Below the pieces are notes generated by a model, which did no database searches, had not been told where the DNA came from, and worked only from the letters and a program-made list of their open reading frames with translations. Positions 56,216-64,000 of a stretch of DNA of 64,000 bases are shown here, piece after piece (the stretch's first letter is position 1; each line of letters opens with the position of its first letter). The stretch lies in the NCBI GenBank assembly GCA_963711565.1, contig CAVQEQ010000001.1, positions 640,001 to 704,000 of the forward strand, in the 5' to 3' direction. The position numbers and the translations under genes were made by a program. The stretch is from an uncultured delta proteobacterium (lineage in GTDB: Bacteria > Desulfobacterota > Binatia > Binatales > Binataceae).

Positions 56216-58204
56216 TCACACGCGCTCTCCAACGCGAAAAATGTGGGCAGGCTCGGAAGCCGGATCGAGCCGCACGTAGTTACGATCGGACCACACATAT
56301 TCGGCCCCGGTCAGAAGGTCTGTGACGCGAAAGCTGCTTTTCGGAGCGACGCCGGCTACCTCCGGCGGGACCAGCGCCGTGCAATATTGTGGGTTCAGGG
56401 GATCCAGATTGACGGCGACCAGGACAACGTTCTTCTTGTCCGGGGTAGCTTTGGAGAAGAACAGGATTTGATCGTTGTCACTATCCAGAAACTGCAGATT
56501 CAGAAACTGTTGGAGCGCGGGATTTTCGCGACGAATCGAGTTCACGCGGCCGATGAACTCCTTGATGTTACCGGGTTGGTTCCAGTCGCGGGATTTGATC
56601 TCGTATTTCTCGGAATTCAAATACTCTTCGGTTCCAGGAACTGCCCGGTTTTCGCACAGTTCAAAGCCGTTGTAGATTCCGTAAGACGGCGACAGAGTGG
56701 CCGCCAGCACCAGCCTCATCCTGAAGGCGGCGGGACCTCCTGTTTGCAGGACCGGCGCAAGGATATCGGGAGTGTTGGTGAAGAAATTCGGCCGGAAATA
56801 TTCCCGCATCGGAGACTGCGTCAGTTCAGTCAGGTACTCGGTTAGCTCACGCTTGGTGTTGCGCCAGGTGAAGTAGGTATAAGACTGAGTAAACCCGGCC
56901 TTAGCCAGTGCCTTCATCATCTTGGGGCGCGTGAAAGCTTCGGCCAGGAAGATAGCTTCAGGATTAGTAGCCTGCACCTGATTGATTAGCCAATTCCAGA
57001 ACTGCACAGGCTTGGTGTGAGGATTGTCAACGCGAAAGATCCTTACGCCACGCTCGATCCAGAATCTGACTACGCGCTCCAGCTCTTCGAACAATCCGCG
57101 CTGATCGGGAGTATCGAAGTCGATCGGAAATATATCCTGGTATTCCTTAGGTGGATTCTCAGCGTATTTGATGCTGCCGTCAGGTCGACGATAGAACCAC
57201 TGCGGATGCTGACAGACCCACGGATGATCCGGCGAGCATTGAATCGCGAAATCCAGTGCGACTTCCATTCCAAGACGATTGGCGGTCGCGTTGAAATGAT
57301 CGAAGTCGTCCAGGGTGCCGATCGACGGATCGATCGCGGTATGCCCTCCGGCCTCATTGCCGATTGCCCACGGGCTGCCGGGCGAATTCGCTCCGCCGTT
57401 CGTGGCATTATTCGGACCCTTGCGATTGGTGTGACCGATCGGATGGATCGGAGGCAGATAGATGACGTCAAAGCCCAGGTCGCGGAGCTCGGGCAAGCGG
57501 CGCTCGGCATCCCGGAAGGTACCGGACTTAGCTGAGTCAGATCCCTGCGAGCGCACAAACATTTCGTACCAGGTTCCGAAGCGCGCTTTCTCGCGATCGA
57601 CGACCAATTCGAGCAGCGGCTCGACTCTCGTCGCACCAAATCGTGGACCGACCCGATTAGCTGCGGCAGAAATCCCCGGGTCACTGACCGCCGCGAGCGC
57701 CGCCGCCCCGTCGGTTGTGATTCGCAATCGCACAAGCGCACGTTCGAGCAAGTCGCGATCGGCAGCGCGCGCGCTCGGAACCATCTTCTCGAACAGAGAA
57801 ATCCCCTCGAGAACGTCGGACGCGACCGGACGCGCCGCTTTTACTTTGCTGGTAAAGTCCGCGAGCCAGGTGGCAAAGAGGTCAGTCCACGCTTCAATCG
57901 TGAATACGTATCGCGCATTCTCGGTTGGGCGGAATTCGCCGCGCCACCGATCATTGCCGAGTGCAACCATCGGCGCTTCGTCAAAGACCTCCTCTTGCTT
58001 GCGACGCCATTTGACCGCCGCGCGCAGTACTTGATGCCCGTCGCGAAAAATGTCGGCTTCAACGACGCATGGCTCGCCTGCTATTCGCTTTGCTGGATAG
58101 CGGCCGCCGTCAACCGAAGGGGTTACGTCTTCGATGAGGATATGGCTCAAATGCCATCTGGGCGACGCCAGTTGGGAATCGGTGTGTGCTTGTGACGAAG
58201 ACAT
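56216..58204 (-). CDS. glgE: Alpha-1,4-glucan:maltose-1-phosphate maltosyltransferase
   Basis: WYEMFVRS, YLPPIHPIG, GSPWAIG, QCSPDHPW, YAENPPK.YQDI, FRVDNPHTKP, QSYTYFTWR, NTPDIL. Confidence 0.95.
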   Translation of the reverse strand: MSSSQAHTDSQLASPRWHLSHILIEDVTPSVDGGRYPAKRIAGEPCVVEADIFRDGHQVLRAAVKWRRKQEEVFDEAPMVALGNDRWRGEFRPTENARYVFTIEAWTDLFATWLADFTSKVKAARPVASDVLEGISLFEKMVPSARAADRDLLERALVRLRITTDGAAALAAVSDPGISAAANRVGPRFGATRVEPLLELVVDREKARFGTWYEMFVRSQGSDSAKSGTFRDAERRLPELRDLGFDVIYLPPIHPIGHTNRKGPNNATNGGANSPGSPWAIGNEAGGHTAIDPSIGTLDDFDHFNATANRLGMEVALDFAIQCSPDHPWVCQHPQWFYRRPDGSIKYAENPPKEYQDIFPIDFDTPDQRGLFEELERVVRFWIERGVRIFRVDNPHTKPVQFWNWLINQVQATNPEAIFLAEAFTRPKMMKALAKAGFTQSYTYFTWRNTKRELTEYLTELTQSPMREYFRPNFFTNTPDILAPVLQTGGPAAFRMRLVLAATLSPSYGIYNGFELCENRAVPGTEEYLNSEKYEIKSRDWNQPGNIKEFIGRVNSIRRENPALQQFLNLQFLDSDNDQILFFSKATPDKKNVVLVAVNLDPLNPQYCTALVPPEVAGVAPKSSFRVTDLLTGAEYVWSDRNYVRLDPASEPAHIFRVGERV

Positions 58205-58282
58205 CGCCGGCCGGAACTATCCAAAGAAACGCAGTTTTCATTCGGCTCGAGAGCTGAGCCCTTGTGTCAACTGCTGCAAATA

Positions 58283-58298
58283 AGCAACTCAAAGGCCA
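58283..58298 (-). promoter_or_regulatory. Sigma54 promoter for glgE-treS
   Basis: TGGC-CTTTGAG-TTGCT (GG-N10-GC), about 80 nt upstream of the glgE ATG. Confidence 0.65.
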
Positions 58299-58399
58299 AT
58301 AGTTAGCCGGAATTTGATGCTGCGAAAGAATGGGTGCCTCGAGTCCTGACCACGAAAAAAGGAAAAATTTACACAGCACACTTTCAACGGCGAAGTACG

Positions 58400-58948
58400 C
58401 TAGGCATCTCCGGCGAACGATTTGAGCATTTCGCGTACAAATGCAGGCAGGTCGTTCGGTTTGCGGCTGGTGGTCAGCCAACCGTCCTGCACGACCTCGC
58501 GATCGACCCAATTGCCTCCAGCGTTGCGAATGTCTGTCTCCAGCGAAAACCATGAAGTAAGAGTGCGACCGCGCGCGACATCGGCTTCGATCAACATCCA
58601 CGGACCGTGGCCAATTGCGGCTATAGGTTTTCGGCTCTCGAAGAACGACCTGACGAACTTCACCGCTTCCGGCATGATGCGAAGCGCGTCATCGTTGGCC
58701 ACGCCACCGGGCAACACGAGCGCATCGTAGTCGTTGGGATCGGCGAAACTGAGCGGTACGTCCCACGCAAACTTCTCGCCTTCGCTGTAGTAGACGACCG
58801 CCTGGACCTTGGCGGTATTCGCGGGCGCGACGAGATCAGTAGTGGCTCCCGCTTTTTCGAGCGCCGCGCGGGGCTCAGTAATTTCCGATTGTTCGACACC
58901 GTTGGTGCACAAGATCGCAATAGTCTTTCCGGCGAGTCCTTTAGTCAT
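58400..58948 (-). CDS. PfpI/DJ-1 family protein (YhbO-like) lacking the catalytic Cys
   Basis: GVEQSE, YDALVLPGG, AAIGHGPW (usually AAICHGPW), NAGG.WVD.EVV.D, TSRKP.DLPAF. Confidence 0.9.
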   Translation of the reverse strand: MTKGLAGKTIAILCTNGVEQSEITEPRAALEKAGATTDLVAPANTAKVQAVVYYSEGEKFAWDVPLSFADPNDYDALVLPGGVANDDALRIMPEAVKFVRSFFESRKPIAAIGHGPWMLIEADVARGRTLTSWFSLETDIRNAGGNWVDREVVQDGWLTTSRKPNDLPAFVREMLKSFAGDA

Positions 58949-59003
58949 GATCAGGAACTCCCTTAGAAAATCGACGATGGTCAGGTCGAATTGAAGAAAT
59001 TAC

Positions 59004-59019
59004 AGCAAGAGGCGAGCCA
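59004..59019 (-). promoter_or_regulatory. Sigma54 promoter for the PfpI-like gene
   Basis: TGGC-TCGCCTC-TTGCT (GG-N10-GC), about 55 nt upstream of the ATG. Confidence 0.7.
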
Positions 59020-59095
59020 AAATTTCGCCAAAAGATCCAAGGCAATCCAAATCTCGGGTGGTTGAAACTCTGTAAGAACTACAGGCTTAAGAGGC

Positions 59096-61099
59096 TCATC
59101 TCGATCGAGAGATAAGAAGGTGCTCGATTGTCTCCACCAACTGCTCAGGTTCTACAGGCTTGACGATGCATCGCTGGAACCCTTCGGCCAGCGCGCGCTC
59201 CTTGTCGTTGCCGCTGCCGAGGCCGGTGAGCGCCAACGCGATCATTTGTTGTTCCGGAATGCGCTCGCGAACTGCGCGAATAAACTGGTAGCCGTCAACT
59301 GCGGGCATGCCGATGTCGCTGACGAGGACAGCGGGCACCGAACGAGCGATTTCGGCTAGCGCCTCTGCGGCCGAGGCCGCAGTTACGGTCTGCGCGCCGT
59401 AGTACCGCAGGAGTTCGGCGAGCACTTCGCGCGAATCGATCTCATCATCGACGACCAAGATTGAAACGCCCGCCAGTTTCAGAGGCTTTGGACCGGTCTC
59501 AACTTCGGCGCTCGCCGCTGTCGCTGCCCTGGAGTTTAGAAGAGGGAGGCGGATCGAGAAGGTGGCGCCCTTACCGGGACCATCGCTGGTGGCTTCCACA
59601 GTGCCCGCGTGGAGCTCGACCAGGTTACGGACGATCGACAGGCCGAGACCCAAGCCGCCGTGGGCGCGAGTGCTGCCGCTGTCGGCTTGGCTGAACCTGT
59701 CGAACACGCGCGGCAGAAAATCAGGAGAGATTCCCTGGCCAGTATCGTGCACAGCTAACGTCAGATCGTCCTCACGTTGTTCGATGCGAACCGTTATGCG
59801 CCCGGCGCGCGGGGTGAATTTGATCGCGTTGGACAGCAGGTTCCAGACGATTTGTTGAAGCCTGTCTGGATCGCCTCTGACTTCGTCAGCCTGGGCCGTC
59901 ATCTCGAATTCAAGCGCGATACCCTTTGCGTCGGCGGTCGGCCGCACTGCTGCGAGGGCGGCGTCGACCACAGCGCGCATTGGGACCGCTCGGAAAGTCA
60001 TATTTATTTTGCCGCGGCTGATTCGCGAGACGTTGAGAATATCGTCGATAAGCGCCGTCTGAAGATGCACGTTGCGTTCGACCGTCTCTAACGCCTTTGA
60101 GGACTTGCCGGCGTCGAGGTTGCCGGAGCGCAGCAGGTGGATCCAGCCGACGATCGCATTGAGCGGATTGCGCAGTTCGTGCGAGACGGTCGCGAGAAAT
60201 TCCTCCTTCATGCGGTTGGCATCTTCGGCTTTTTCGAGCGCTTGATGCTCTGCGTCGATGTCGGTCGCGGCGACGATCCAGCCGGTTACTTTCCCGGATT
60301 CATCGCGCTGCGGAACTCCGCGCAGCAGGAACCATCGGTACGCGCCGTCGGAATGCCGCCTCAGGCGAATCCGCACCTCTGACGACCGTTGCAAGCTGGT
60401 GGCGAGCCGCCATTCGGTTTTGGTCATCTCGATATCGTCAGCATGCACGAATTCAAACAGCCGATCGGCGCCGACCGCTACCGAAGCCTGGAGCCCGATA
60501 TATTCGGCGGCGCGCTGGTTCCAGTAGTAGAAAGTCTGATCGGCGCGCGCGACCCAGACACACTGCGGCAGCGCGTCCATCAGCGAGCGGAAGCGCAACT
60601 CGCTGCGCCGCTCGAACGCCTCGCGATCGCGCTGACGCAGCAGCCCCGCCTGCCGTTTGATCATCTGCTCCTTCTGGTACAGGTCGACGAAGACCGACAC
60701 CTTGGAGCGCAGGATTTCGGGGTCGAACGGCTTGAGCAAAAAATCGACTGCGCCACGCTCGTAACCGCTGACAACGTCGGCGTTGGCGATTGGCACGGCG
60801 GTCAGAAAAATAATTGGAATTCGCGCGGCGCTCTCGCGCCGGCTGATCACTTCGGCGGTGCGGAGCCCGTCCATTCCCGGCATTCGCACGTCCATCAGGA
60901 TAACGGCGAATTCCTCGCCCTGAAGTTTCTCCAGCGCTTCTTCGCCGGACATGGCGCGCACAAGGTGCTGATCGATAGGATCAAGGATTGCCTCGAGCGC
61001 CAGCAGATTCGCCGGGCGGTCATCCACCAGCAGGATGCTGGCCTTCATGCCCGCGGCCGCCGGGATTCGCTCGATCTGCGATGCTTCCTGCGGTTTCAT
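59096..61099 (-). CDS. Hybrid histidine kinase REC-PAS-HisKA-HATPase-REC
   Basis: ILLVDDRPANLLALE, LMDVRMP; PAS/PAC (VHADD, GAYRW); SHELRNPL, NLLSNAIKFT, GLGLGL; second REC with VSDIGMP. Confidence 0.93.
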   Translation of the reverse strand: MKPQEASQIERIPAAAGMKASILLVDDRPANLLALEAILDPIDQHLVRAMSGEEALEKLQGEEFAVILMDVRMPGMDGLRTAEVISRRESAARIPIIFLTAVPIANADVVSGYERGAVDFLLKPFDPEILRSKVSVFVDLYQKEQMIKRQAGLLRQRDREAFERRSELRFRSLMDALPQCVWVARADQTFYYWNQRAAEYIGLQASVAVGADRLFEFVHADDIEMTKTEWRLATSLQRSSEVRIRLRRHSDGAYRWFLLRGVPQRDESGKVTGWIVAATDIDAEHQALEKAEDANRMKEEFLATVSHELRNPLNAIVGWIHLLRSGNLDAGKSSKALETVERNVHLQTALIDDILNVSRISRGKINMTFRAVPMRAVVDAALAAVRPTADAKGIALEFEMTAQADEVRGDPDRLQQIVWNLLSNAIKFTPRAGRITVRIEQREDDLTLAVHDTGQGISPDFLPRVFDRFSQADSGSTRAHGGLGLGLSIVRNLVELHAGTVEATSDGPGKGATFSIRLPLLNSRAATAASAEVETGPKPLKLAGVSILVVDDEIDSREVLAELLRYYGAQTVTAASAAEALAEIARSVPAVLVSDIGMPAVDGYQFIRAVRERIPEQQMIALALTGLGSGNDKERALAEGFQRCIVKPVEPEQLVETIEHLLISRSR

Positions 61100-61102
61100 G
61101 AC

Positions 61103-64000
<2,898 letters not shown>

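Overview
GC-rich bacterial chromosomal window from a diderm organism (OprB porin and OmpA lipoprotein present). Gene content and style resemble Ca. Binatota/Deltaproteobacteria-like soil bacteria, but that is inference. No rRNA, tRNA, CRISPR array or transposase was seen. Left to right: (1) 3' part of a K+ channel and a GMC oxidoreductase. (2) A TetR-centred acyl-CoA catabolic cluster: MaoC, nitronate monooxygenase, Cys-less thiolase + DUF35, two class III CoA-transferases, SDR, enoyl-CoA hydratase. (3) An unusual redox cluster: a small accessory protein, an NAD(P)H-FAD/[2Fe-2S] protein fused to a PNPOx-like FMN domain, a double-ABM membrane protein and a secreted unknown protein, converging on a xanthine-dehydrogenase-family operon with an OprB porin and a structured leader. 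(4) Miscellaneous genes: eukaryote-like PEBP, OmpA, a divergent pair of Cys-containing Crp/Fnr regulators, DUF4396, a YfhO-like membrane protein, SDRs, LLM, ABC exporter, MFS, Kelch protein. (5) A ~29 kb trehalose/alpha-glucan/stress region: nucleotidyltransferase-GT4-GDE-like hydrolase, glgX-treY-treZ-GH15-sugar ABC importer, glgE-treS/mak, a Cys-less PfpI and two hybrid kinases including a poly-HAMP sensor. Five transcription units between 32 and 59 kb carry sigma54-type -24/-12 boxes. Four frameshifts and several D>N/E>K changes in TCGA context suggest consensus errors or methylation-linked changes. All calls come from motif recognition by eye; no database search was run.
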